NCBI GenBank assembly: GCA_903870815.1
Contig: CAIQEI010000111.1
Location: 28-64,027, forward strand
Reading direction: 5' to 3'
Length of the DNA: 64,000 bases
DNA from: an uncultured Verrucomicrobia subdivision 3 bacterium
GTDB taxonomy: Bacteria > Verrucomicrobiota > Verrucomicrobiia > Limisphaerales > UBA11358
Shown here in pieces: positions 29,718-38,871 of the stretch; position 1 is the stretch's first letter, and the number at the start of each line of letters is the position of its first letter. Position numbers and translations under genes: made by a program. The notes beneath the pieces were generated by a model, which saw only the letters and a list, made by a program, of their open reading frames with translations, was not told the origin of the DNA and made no database searches.

Positions 29718-32114
29718 TTAAAAAGCGATTTCCTGCACCATCGGCTGTTGGTTGCGAAGTAATGTCAGTTTGGCCTTCTGCCCGGCGGAATTGACGATTA
29801 CCTTCAGAAAATCATTCACCCCTCTTACCTCGCGGCCGTTCCATCGCGTGATGAAGTCACCCGTTCGCAATCCGTCCGCGAACGCGGTCGCCGTGGCCGG
29901 GACATCCACCAGCAGGATTCCCTGCGAACCGGCGTGCACGCCCACGACGGAATACTCCTCGCCAATTAATCCGCGGATCGTCGCGCCGAGCCAGATCGTT
30001 TGGGCACCCGGGGCAGGTTGACCTCCGGTAACCATGGTGACGACAGGGATTGCCGTGGTGCGCGCCAGCGCCTTTAAGCGGGGCGATTGCACGCCGAACT
30101 GATCTATTGGAAAATTCACGAAGCCCAGTTTCAACGCGGGCGACTCGGGCCGAACCCGAAAATCACCGGCGGCGGCGTTCACAAATAGTGCATCGCCCGC
30201 GAGCGAATGCGCATCGCACCCTTGCGCGGCATATTTTAGTCGGTCTGCCTCCGAACCTGTAAAAAGGTTGTAATCAATTTTCGCTCCCCATTTGGGGATG
30301 GTCATGTAGATCGGGCGATACTCCGTCATCACGATGTTGTGGGCAAAGACATCGCCGCTGTTCTCATACCAGACGTGCAGATGCAGGCTGTTGTTCACGA
30401 TGACGTTGTTCGTGGCAATCCGCTGGAACCCTTCGCGCAATTTCAGCCCGCCGTTCAGCAGCAGGTTATTGTAGATCACGTAATGGCTGGAGCCGTCATC
30501 CAGGTCAATGTCCCAGCCGTGGTCGCAGCGCCAGCGGTTGTTCCGCAGGGTGTTGGGCTGCACCACATCCAAGAGGGCCAGTTTGGGCAGTTCCCCGGCC
30601 GGTACGCCGCCCAGGTTCCAATAGCGGTCGCGGCCCCAGGAATTGAAACTGCCGTGGTCGCCCGTTTCTTTCACCGTGTCAAAGACGTCGCAGAACTCGA
30701 TGACATGCCCGCCCCAGCAGCCGTCGCCGATGTTGATGCCCGCGCGGGGCACGTCGTAGATGGAGCAATGGCGGACGGTGATCTGCTGCGCCATATCGAT
30801 CTCCACCGGCGCGGTTTGTTTCTCGAATCTTCCCGTCCGGGTGATAAGGCAGTCTTCAACCACGCAGTCGGCGGGAAAGTTGTCCGTCAGCGGGCCGGGT
30901 GTCTGGTCGATGGTTAAGAAGTTGTTCTGCGCCTGCCAGCCGATGCCGTTGCGAACGGCTTTGGGATCGCCGACAAACGCGATGCCGTTCGCGCCGCCCT
31001 CGCGAATGAGGCAGCTGCGGATGGTCAGGCGGCGGTTATAGTCGTTGACGAAAATACTGTTGCCGCCCAGTTGGTCAAAGTCGCAGTCCGCGATGGCGCA
31101 ATCCGTCGCGCCGTTGAACAGCACCGCGCCGCCGCGATAAATGGTCCAGTCCGTGCGCAGCATCGGCTCGCGGTTTTCCATAAAAGTCCGCGCCGCGTGC
31201 TGGAAAGTGATTCCGCGCAGGGTGACGAATTTCACCGGCTGCCCCTCGGTGCCGGTGAATTCCACCAGGTTTCGGAGACCCACGACTTCGATGGTTGCCG
31301 TCTTCAAATCCAGGCCCGCTGGCGGGATGAACAGGAGCGTGTTGGATTTCGCATCATGAAACCATTCGCCGGGGGCATCCAGTTCTTCGCGGAGGTTTTC
31401 CACGAAACGAAATTCCTTGTGCATCCCGCTGGGCCGGTTGTTCTGCCAGCCGCCTTCGTACATAAGCGAACCATCGGCATTTTTGCCCAGTATGCGCCAG
31501 TGCATGTCGCCCCAGAGCAACTCGTGCATCGCGTGGATATAGCCGCCGGTGGGATCGCTCCAGTGCGCGACGCGCTCCGGCGAAATGGCGTCTGCCGCCG
31601 TGCCGTTATAGATCGCCGCGTTGGGATCGTAATTGGGGTAACGCGCCATTGATTGGCGCTCGCCGTTCACAAATAACTGGTCCATTACGAGCCCGGCGGG
31701 CGTTGGGGCCTGAAAAATGCCGTTTCGCAGTGGCGTCCATTCTAGCTTGAGCCGCCGGCCCCCGCTGATGACGGGCGTTTCGCCCTGGGCCGCCGCATAA
31801 ACTACGGGCCATTTTTTAGTGCCGGAATCCGCCGCCGTGAACCGGAGCGGTTCGGGCAAATAATAGACGCCCGTATGCAACCACACCGTCACCGGTCGGT
31901 GCCCGGCAAACGGGCGGGCCATCTGTTGCGCGGCGGCGAGCGTGGCTAGCGGTCGGGCTGCGGTCCCGGGATTGGAATCGTTGCCGGCCGGCGAAACGTG
32001 GATTTCCGCGGCTAAACCTTTCATCGCCAGCAAGACAGACGAAAACCAGATGAAAAAAAGGTGTCTCAACTGGACTGCGTTTGGGCCGCGATGGAGGGCT
32101 GTTGCTGGATGCAT
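29718..32114 (-). CDS. Secreted right-handed parallel beta-helix protein with C-terminal PDZ domain
   Basis: Signal-like FFIWFSSVLLAMKGLAA, then IHVSPAGNDSNPGTAARPLATL (typical pectate-lyase-fold N-cap). Repeated G/N-rich beta-helix turns. C-terminal PDZ-like GILLVDVPATATAFADGLRTGDFITRWNGREV. ATG 32114 chosen over ORF-track start 32276. Confidence 0.7.
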   Translation of the reverse strand: MHPATALHRGPNAVQLRHLFFIWFSSVLLAMKGLAAEIHVSPAGNDSNPGTAARPLATLAAAQQMARPFAGHRPVTVWLHTGVYYLPEPLRFTAADSGTKKWPVVYAAAQGETPVISGGRRLKLEWTPLRNGIFQAPTPAGLVMDQLFVNGERQSMARYPNYDPNAAIYNGTAADAISPERVAHWSDPTGGYIHAMHELLWGDMHWRILGKNADGSLMYEGGWQNNRPSGMHKEFRFVENLREELDAPGEWFHDAKSNTLLFIPPAGLDLKTATIEVVGLRNLVEFTGTEGQPVKFVTLRGITFQHAARTFMENREPMLRTDWTIYRGGAVLFNGATDCAIADCDFDQLGGNSIFVNDYNRRLTIRSCLIREGGANGIAFVGDPKAVRNGIGWQAQNNFLTIDQTPGPLTDNFPADCVVEDCLITRTGRFEKQTAPVEIDMAQQITVRHCSIYDVPRAGINIGDGCWGGHVIEFCDVFDTVKETGDHGSFNSWGRDRYWNLGGVPAGELPKLALLDVVQPNTLRNNRWRCDHGWDIDLDDGSSHYVIYNNLLLNGGLKLREGFQRIATNNVIVNNSLHLHVWYENSGDVFAHNIVMTEYRPIYMTIPKWGAKIDYNLFTGSEADRLKYAAQGCDAHSLAGDALFVNAAAGDFRVRPESPALKLGFVNFPIDQFGVQSPRLKALARTTAIPVVTMVTGGQPAPGAQTIWLGATIRGLIGEEYSVVGVHAGSQGILLVDVPATATAFADGLRTGDFITRWNGREVRGVNDFLKVIVNSAGQKAKLTLLRNQQPMVQEIAF

Positions 32115-32280
32115 ATGATGAAGGTAGTGAATCCGTAGCGATGCGTCATGTAAATATCGGTTTGCCCGTGGCCAAAGTGCAGGGATCTCAATTGTTTTAG
32201 TAACGAATATTTTGCGTATTGATCTGGCCTCTCGTATATTATTAAAAATCCATATATAACCCTTAAAATACTGCATGACA

Positions 32281-32313
32281 AACCAACGTTTTACCCTGCT
32301 AAAAACGTTGGTT
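32281..32313. repeat. Perfect 12-bp inverted repeat with 9-nt spacer in the divergent intergenic region
   Basis: AACCAACGTTTT (32281-32292), accctgcta, AAAACGTTGGTT (32302-32313), 33 bp upstream of the GTG start of the first giant gene. Confidence 0.9.
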
Positions 32314-32345
32314 CTGGCTACGCATCAAGTATTTATTTAAATCTA

Positions 32346-35300
32346 GTGAAAATCAAACTTCCCCTCCTCACCCTTGCTGCCGCCCTGTTGTTGGCGGACG
32401 CCGGTTCGGCTGTCAGCCAGACCTCGCTGTCCATCAGCAATAATTCATTTGAACTCCCTGCGTCCGGCGGTCAGCAAATTTACATTTCCGGCACCGGGGC
32501 AACCTCCACTTTCGTGAATGGTTGGACCACTGCTACCACTGCCGGCTATTGGGACCTGCAGTACACCAACAATACCGCCGGCGTAACGAATAAAGATGGC
32601 TTGCAATTACTCGAGTCCTACGATGTGGGAGGGGGTCTTGCCGGTGTTGTTTACCAGGAATTGACCAACAAGTGGGTGGCGGGTGCCACCTACACACTCA
32701 CCGCCCGGGCGGGACAGGCCCCCGGGTCTGGTAATACCCCGAATACGGGTGACACCTTTTCGATTGACGCCAACAATGGCGGCACGCTTACCCAATTGAG
32801 TTCCACCACCATAGCCAATACCAAGGTTGGATTGCTCAATTACACGGTCACCTATACCGCGACCGGCAGTGAGCCTGGTGATGGACATGTTGTGGTTGCT
32901 TTCCATGTCCCCAGTCAGGCGAACACGGGCGGGATGTGGATTGATGATTTCGCCCTTACCTCTGCCCTGACACCGGATCCCTCTGTTACCACCCCCGCTT
33001 CGCAGACAGAACAGCCCGGCCAGACGGCTACGTTTAGTGTGACTGCTATTGGAACAGCGCCGTTGAGCTACCAGTGGCAGGCGACGAACAGCGCTGGTGG
33101 CGGATTTACGAATTTGCTGAATGGCGGCCCGTTTTCGGGGGCCAACACCAACGTGCTGACGATTTCCAATGTGTCCAGCAACAATCCGCTGCTGTATCAG
33201 GTGATTGTGACGAACGGTCTCGGTGCCTCCGTCACCAGCAGCGTGGCCAGATTGTCGTTGGTTGCGCCGGTTCTCATTGATGTCGACATCAACACCGGGA
33301 GCACGCCCACGCAAACCGGCGCGGCGGTTTTTGGCACTGCGGGTGATACCTGGAACGGCGTCACCGGTAACACCGGCAATCTTAAGGGTTCTGGCAATAA
33401 CACCTTGTCCGGCGTCGGGTTCTTCATTTCAGGCAACACCGGCCTCAATGACAACACCGGTGGCGTCGCACTCATGGATGCGGCCACCACGCCCTTGATG
33501 CGGGATACCGCCTATGGTGGTCCCAGCGTCACCTTCACAACCGGCATCAACGGGCTAAACAGTTATTTAAATCTTCCATTTACCTTGGTGGTTTATGCTA
33601 GCATCGGTGATACCAACCAGGGTGCCAAGCTGAACCTGGCGGGGGCCACGGGTGGAAATTCGGCCAGCCAATTGACCACCACCGGATACTCTCGATCGCT
33701 CACCAATACGCCTCCGGTCGGCGGGCTGGGCGCTGCCTACCAGACGTTCACGGGCATTATCACCAATAGCACGCTGACGATCACCTGCGCCAACGACCTC
33801 AGTAGCTATAGCGGCGTGAATGGCTTCCAACTTCAGATTCAAGTTCCGAATCCGGGGATTACGACCCAGCCGGTTTCGCAGACGGATCCGGCGGGAACCA
33901 CGGTGGTATTCAGCGTGGTGCCTTCAGGGAACTCTCCTTTTGGTTATCAATGGCAGGCCAACGGCGGCACGGGCTATACCAACTTGAGCGACGGCGGGCA
34001 GCTTGCGGGTTCTTCAAGCAACGTCCTGACCTTGGCCGGCATCACGACCAACCAGGCGCTGGCCTATCAGGTGATTGTGACCAACAGCAGCGGCTCAGTC
34101 ACCAGTTCCCCGGCCAGCCTGACGGTGCTTACCGTTCCGGTCATCACGACCCAGCCGGTGTCGCAAACGACCATCGCCGGCGGTCAGGTGTTGTTCAGTG
34201 TGGCCGCCGTGGGGGCGGTGCCATTGAATTACCAATGGCAGGCGACCAACAGCGCCACGGGCGGCTTCACCAACCTCGCCGATGGCGGCCCGATTGTGGG
34301 GTCGCAAAGCAATCTCCTGACCCTGACCGGCGTAAGCACAAATTGGCCTTTGGCCTATCAGGTGATTGTGGCCAATAGTTATGGTTCCGTCACGAGCAGC
34401 GTGGCGAATCTTACCGTGCTGCCCTTCGTAGCGCCGCCCGTCGTACCCAACCCGGGAGCAATGGGGCCGTCGCTGGCGGCCAATGTTTCAGGAAATTGCT
34501 CCGCGCCGCCGCCGAATCTGGTCTCCTCCAAGGTGACCGGCGGGCTTGTGGCCGGCAACGGTGACCTGGGCATCACGGTGGGCGGGCCTTCGTCCGCGTT
34601 GAAATTTTACGTGGGCAAGGCGGATTTCTTCGGCGTGTTGCGCGGGGCAATCACGCCGGTGGGTTCGCTGACCCTAAGCGCGCCCGCTTTGAATGGCAGT
34701 TCGTATTCGCTGAATGAAAACATCGGGTCAGCCACTCTGACGGGCGCATTTGCGAATGGGGCCTCCAGTTTGACGGTGACTTCCTGGGTGGCGGCGGCGG
34801 AGAACACGGCCGTGATCCAGTTGAACAACAGCGGATCGCAACCGCTGGCCCTGACCAGCCAGTTGCTGGACGGTCTGGCCTTGAGTGCCGGTAATCCGGC
34901 GACCTACGGTTCCACGAACAACTCGACTTGGCTGTACGTGTCGCCGGATACGGTGTATGTCGAACTGGGTAACCAATTGCACAACAATCTGGGCACGGCG
35001 CCATTCACCGGGAAGATCGCCGACTTCCGGCTGTTCACCCAGGCGTTATCGGGCGCGACGTTGGCGGCGTTGGACAATGTGGGTGCGCCGACACCGTTGC
35101 TGCGCTGGTCACCGACGAACTCGGGGACGGCGACGCTGGTGGGGAATGCGAGCCTGAACGGTGGGGATCCGCATGGCGGGTCGGTGTCGGTGAACGGCGG
35201 GTCGGACGAGGTGGCGGTGGGGGACATGCCGCTGCCGGAGAACCAGTTCACCTTCTCCACTTGGATCAACGTGGCGAGCACGGGCGTGAACGGGAACATT

Positions 35301-38300
35301 GTGACCGCGCAGATTCCCTTTGCTCCATTGTATGGCTATCCATATCCCTATCCGCGCGGCTTGACCTTGAGATTGGTGAACGGGGCGTTGAGCGCCTCAC
35401 TGAACCAGAGCGGCGTTTATATGATCCATAGCGGCGCTGATACCCAGGGCAACGATCAGTTCAATGCCGACGCCGTGAACAAATTCGCGACTACGGCCGG
35501 CAGTCCGATTCCGGCCAACCAGTGGGTGCAGGCCGCAGTGACGTATGACGGCAATGTGTTGAGGATTTATACGAATGGCGTCCAGGTGGGAGTCACGGCG
35601 CCCTTTCCCACCGGCATAAACGGGATGCTGGGTTGGAACAAATTGGCGGTCCATATCGGTGACACGAATGTACCTTACAACGGATGCGCGCCGCAGGCCG
35701 TGCTGGTGCAAAATATTTTAGGCGCCACGACCACGACGAATAGTCAGGGCGCGCTGGCGTTCATGATCTCGGCAGGCGGGCAGGTGACGATCGCTTTGGC
35801 GGCGGTCACGGACCGGAACAAAACGAATTATTTTGCGGCGGCGCAGCAGCAGACGCAGGCGGCCACAACCGGTTCCTTGAGCAATTTGTTTTTGGCGCAC
35901 AACGCGTGGTGGAGCAACTTTTGGACGAAGTCGTTCGTGCAGATCCCGAATCAACGGATTCAGGACAGTTGGTATGCGTCGCTCTATCTGCTGGCCTGCT
36001 GTAGCGTTTCCAACGCGCCCGCGCCGGGTTTGTGGGGCAATTTCGTTACGGCCACCACACCGGAATGGTTGGGCGACTACACGCTCAACTACAACTACCA
36101 ATCGCCATTTCTTGGAGCGTTGGCGTGTAATCACACAGAATTGGCCGAGAATTATGACCAACCGTTGCTCGACCAGATGGGGCGTGGGCGTGCGGCGGCG
36201 CAGGATATTTTTGGGGGTAACAACAACGGCCTTTATTTCCTTTGCCACCTCATTCCTTTCCCGGGACCGAGTGATGATATTTTTGGTTTTGAAGGCATGA
36301 AATCCAGTTCTGTCTTTGCGGCGGTCGATTGTGTGACGCGCTGGCGCTACACGCGGGACCCGAACTACGCGTCGAAAATCTACCCGTTTCTTAAAGGCGT
36401 TGCCGATTTTTGGGACAACTATCTGGTGGACACCGGCGGTTACTATGTGGATTACAACGATTCCTGGAGTGAATTTACCGGCAATGACACCAATCCAGCC
36501 ATGACGCTGGCCTTCATCCGGCACGTCTATCCGTCGCTGGTGGAGATCTCCCAACTATTGAACCAAGATGCCGGTCGCCGGGCGAAATGGAACGACATCA
36601 TTGCGCGGTTGTCGCCATTGCCGATCGTGCCAGCCAGCAGTATTGCCAGCTTGAACGCATTAGGCGCTCCTTACAACGCGCCCGGCGTCAATGTCATCCG
36701 CGCCACCTCATCTGGCGGAGCCTTTTACCCTAATCCTGCGGTTACATTATATCAGGATCATGCTATACGCGGAAACGTTGGTCAGGGTCCAATGACGGCC
36801 ATCTATCCGGGCTGGAACATCGGGCTGGAAAGCGATCCCTACACATTGCAAGCCGCATACAACACTGTCTGGCTCACGGGCTCTTGGTTTGATTACAATG
36901 CCAATAACTTTTCTTACCCCAGCGCGGCTTGCGTGGGTTTCGACCCCATTCAAATCCTGACAAACCTTGATACGTTACTGGCGCTCTACCGCAACAGTAA
37001 TTTCATGATTGATGTCGGCGGTGGCGGGACGGAACAATTTTCCGTCGTGCCCGGCACGTTGGCCGCGATGTTTGTGCAGAGCTACCAGACGAACATTCAC
37101 GTGTTTCCCAACTGGCCTACAAACCAGTCGGCCACCTTCGGCAATCTGAATGCCTGCGGCGGGTTCTTGGTGTCTGGGGCGATCACGTTGGGGTCAGCGA
37201 ATTACCTCCAGATCCAAAGCACCGCCGGGCAAATGCTCAAGCTGGTCAATCCCTGGCCGGGCGCAGCCGTGCAATGCGTCTCGAGTCTGACTGGCATCAG
37301 CACTCTGTCTGGGACAGTTCTCTATTATCAAACCCAGGTGGGCGAAGTGCTGACCTTGACGTCTACTTTGGCCACGAACCTGCCGGCACCTGCGAACCTG
37401 ACGGCCAGCCTGAGCGGCGGTTCAGCATTGCTGACGTGGAATGGCGTGCCGGGGGCGGGCGGTTACAACGTGAAACGGGCGACCAGCATTGGCGGCCCTT
37501 ATTTGAACGTGACCAGCGGGATCACGGCTACCAATTTCAACGATGGCAGTCTGACGGGACACACGACTTATTATTATGCGGTCACGGCATTGGCACCGGG
37601 TTTTGAGAGCACCAACTCTGCCGTGGTTACGGTCGCGCCGCCGGTCATCGCCAACGGGTCGTTCGAGGCCAACAACGTGCCGATTCCCCCTGGCTATGAA
37701 ACGAGTGCCTTCCCGACCAGTTGGAGTTCGGCCAATGCTTCTGGTCCCGTGATTACCGCAGTCGTCACACCTTATTCAGGTGATGGCCGGTTCGCTTCGT
37801 ATCCCGTCCCCGGCATGGATGGCACCAATTATTGCCAGATTTTTATGAACGGTGGTAGTGGTGGAGAAATGATTTACCAAGACTTGGGCGCGGCCAATAA
37901 ATATCAGGCTGGCACAACTTACACGTTGACGGCAGCGTTCGGGCTGGAGCGGGGGATTTTCCCGACGGGGACGCTGGTGCTGTGCAATTCGGCGCTGACG
38001 CCCATCGCCACGAAGACCATCACCTCGGCGATGCTCAACTCGAACGCATTCACCAGCTATAGCGTGACCTACACGGCGACGGGCAGTGAAGGGGGCAACG
38101 GGGACATCGTGGTCGGGTTCAGCACCACCGGCGCGGCTGCCGGTAACTCCTTCGATGTGGACAACGTGCGCCTGACCGCGCTCGCTCCGGTCAGCACCAA
38201 TGCGTATTTGACCTCACTGGTTTTGAATCCGGCGGGAGCCTTGACGCCTGCCTTTGCCTCCAACGTGCTGAGCTACGTAGCGACCGAGGCGTATGGCAGC

Positions 38301-38747
38301 AGCCCCACCGTGACGGTGGTCAATGCCAATGGGAACGCGACAAATCAATTGGTCTACAACGGCGTGACGAACGTGTTGGCTTCCGGGGTGGCCAGTGCCG
38401 CCTTGACCTTGAACCCGAATCCGCCGGTGACGAACGTGGTGCAGGTTCAGGTGACGGCTCAGAATGGGGTGACGATGCAGACCTACACGGTGAACGTGAC
38501 CCGATTGCCGAACCAGGCAACCCAGCCGAATCTAACCAATAGCGTAACGGGCGGGACATTGAACTTGAGCTGGGGATCGGATCGAATGGGCTACCGATTG
38601 CTGGTTCAGACCAATAACCTGAACCAGGGGGTGAGCAGCAACCCGAACGATTGGGCGACCGTGATCGGTTCGACCGCGACCAATGCGTTGGCCATTCCCA
38701 TCGTCACGACCAACTTTGATGAATATTACCGGCTGGTATATCCCTGA
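32346..38747 (+). CDS. Giant secreted multidomain protein 1 (2133 aa). Order: signal peptide, DUF642-like CBM, Ig-like, unknown X module, 2 Ig-like, GH95-like core with inserted LamG, FN3, DUF642-like CBM, cadherin-like beta-sandwich, 79-aa C-terminal domain
   Basis: Signal MKIKLPLLTLAAALLLADAGSA. NNSFELP..IDDFAL module. Ig-like repeats with YQWQA..YQVIVTN. GH95-like GNGDLG N-domain and GLWGNF..W.GDYTLNYNYQSPF. LamG FTFSTWIN..WVQAAVTYDGNVLRIYTNG. FN3 LTWNGVPGAGGYNVKR..TYYYAVTA. The uninterrupted 6.4-kb frame has protein-like composition. Confidence 0.85.
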   Translation: MKIKLPLLTLAAALLLADAGSAVSQTSLSISNNSFELPASGGQQIYISGTGATSTFVNGWTTATTAGYWDLQYTNNTAGVTNKDGLQLLESYDVGGGLAGVVYQELTNKWVAGATYTLTARAGQAPGSGNTPNTGDTFSIDANNGGTLTQLSSTTIANTKVGLLNYTVTYTATGSEPGDGHVVVAFHVPSQANTGGMWIDDFALTSALTPDPSVTTPASQTEQPGQTATFSVTAIGTAPLSYQWQATNSAGGGFTNLLNGGPFSGANTNVLTISNVSSNNPLLYQVIVTNGLGASVTSSVARLSLVAPVLIDVDINTGSTPTQTGAAVFGTAGDTWNGVTGNTGNLKGSGNNTLSGVGFFISGNTGLNDNTGGVALMDAATTPLMRDTAYGGPSVTFTTGINGLNSYLNLPFTLVVYASIGDTNQGAKLNLAGATGGNSASQLTTTGYSRSLTNTPPVGGLGAAYQTFTGIITNSTLTITCANDLSSYSGVNGFQLQIQVPNPGITTQPVSQTDPAGTTVVFSVVPSGNSPFGYQWQANGGTGYTNLSDGGQLAGSSSNVLTLAGITTNQALAYQVIVTNSSGSVTSSPASLTVLTVPVITTQPVSQTTIAGGQVLFSVAAVGAVPLNYQWQATNSATGGFTNLADGGPIVGSQSNLLTLTGVSTNWPLAYQVIVANSYGSVTSSVANLTVLPFVAPPVVPNPGAMGPSLAANVSGNCSAPPPNLVSSKVTGGLVAGNGDLGITVGGPSSALKFYVGKADFFGVLRGAITPVGSLTLSAPALNGSSYSLNENIGSATLTGAFANGASSLTVTSWVAAAENTAVIQLNNSGSQPLALTSQLLDGLALSAGNPATYGSTNNSTWLYVSPDTVYVELGNQLHNNLGTAPFTGKIADFRLFTQALSGATLAALDNVGAPTPLLRWSPTNSGTATLVGNASLNGGDPHGGSVSVNGGSDEVAVGDMPLPENQFTFSTWINVASTGVNGNIVTAQIPFAPLYGYPYPYPRGLTLRLVNGALSASLNQSGVYMIHSGADTQGNDQFNADAVNKFATTAGSPIPANQWVQAAVTYDGNVLRIYTNGVQVGVTAPFPTGINGMLGWNKLAVHIGDTNVPYNGCAPQAVLVQNILGATTTTNSQGALAFMISAGGQVTIALAAVTDRNKTNYFAAAQQQTQAATTGSLSNLFLAHNAWWSNFWTKSFVQIPNQRIQDSWYASLYLLACCSVSNAPAPGLWGNFVTATTPEWLGDYTLNYNYQSPFLGALACNHTELAENYDQPLLDQMGRGRAAAQDIFGGNNNGLYFLCHLIPFPGPSDDIFGFEGMKSSSVFAAVDCVTRWRYTRDPNYASKIYPFLKGVADFWDNYLVDTGGYYVDYNDSWSEFTGNDTNPAMTLAFIRHVYPSLVEISQLLNQDAGRRAKWNDIIARLSPLPIVPASSIASLNALGAPYNAPGVNVIRATSSGGAFYPNPAVTLYQDHAIRGNVGQGPMTAIYPGWNIGLESDPYTLQAAYNTVWLTGSWFDYNANNFSYPSAACVGFDPIQILTNLDTLLALYRNSNFMIDVGGGGTEQFSVVPGTLAAMFVQSYQTNIHVFPNWPTNQSATFGNLNACGGFLVSGAITLGSANYLQIQSTAGQMLKLVNPWPGAAVQCVSSLTGISTLSGTVLYYQTQVGEVLTLTSTLATNLPAPANLTASLSGGSALLTWNGVPGAGGYNVKRATSIGGPYLNVTSGITATNFNDGSLTGHTTYYYAVTALAPGFESTNSAVVTVAPPVIANGSFEANNVPIPPGYETSAFPTSWSSANASGPVITAVVTPYSGDGRFASYPVPGMDGTNYCQIFMNGGSGGEMIYQDLGAANKYQAGTTYTLTAAFGLERGIFPTGTLVLCNSALTPIATKTITSAMLNSNAFTSYSVTYTATGSEGGNGDIVVGFSTTGAAAGNSFDVDNVRLTALAPVSTNAYLTSLVLNPAGALTPAFASNVLSYVATEAYGSSPTVTVVNANGNATNQLVYNGVTNVLASGVASAALTLNPNPPVTNVVQVQVTAQNGVTMQTYTVNVTRLPNQATQPNLTNSVTGGTLNLSWGSDRMGYRLLVQTNNLNQGVSSNPNDWATVIGSTATNALAIPIVTTNFDEYYRLVYP
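38191..38747 (+). repeat. Copy 1 of the ~557-bp shared 3' module (cadherin-like domain plus C-terminal domain)
   Basis: Aligns by eye at the nucleotide level with 43135-43692 and 47611-48167. Confidence 0.85.
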
Positions 38748-38871
38748 TCGGCAAATCCAGATTGTTACCAAATGCCCAGAAGCGGTTGGTCCTCCGCACA
38801 CACAGCGGACGTCAAATGCGTGGCTGGGATGGTTTAAATGCGCCCATTATCCCGAAAATATAGACTGAAAT

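Noticed and set aside
32115-32276. 5' extension of the beta-helix ORF. Similar ORF-track extensions occur at 2685, 19006, 28665, 57776, 58788, 60062 and 62977.
   Set aside because: The extensions overlap neighbouring genes or AT-rich promoter DNA, and they precede an internal Met followed by a proper signal peptide or conserved N-terminus.
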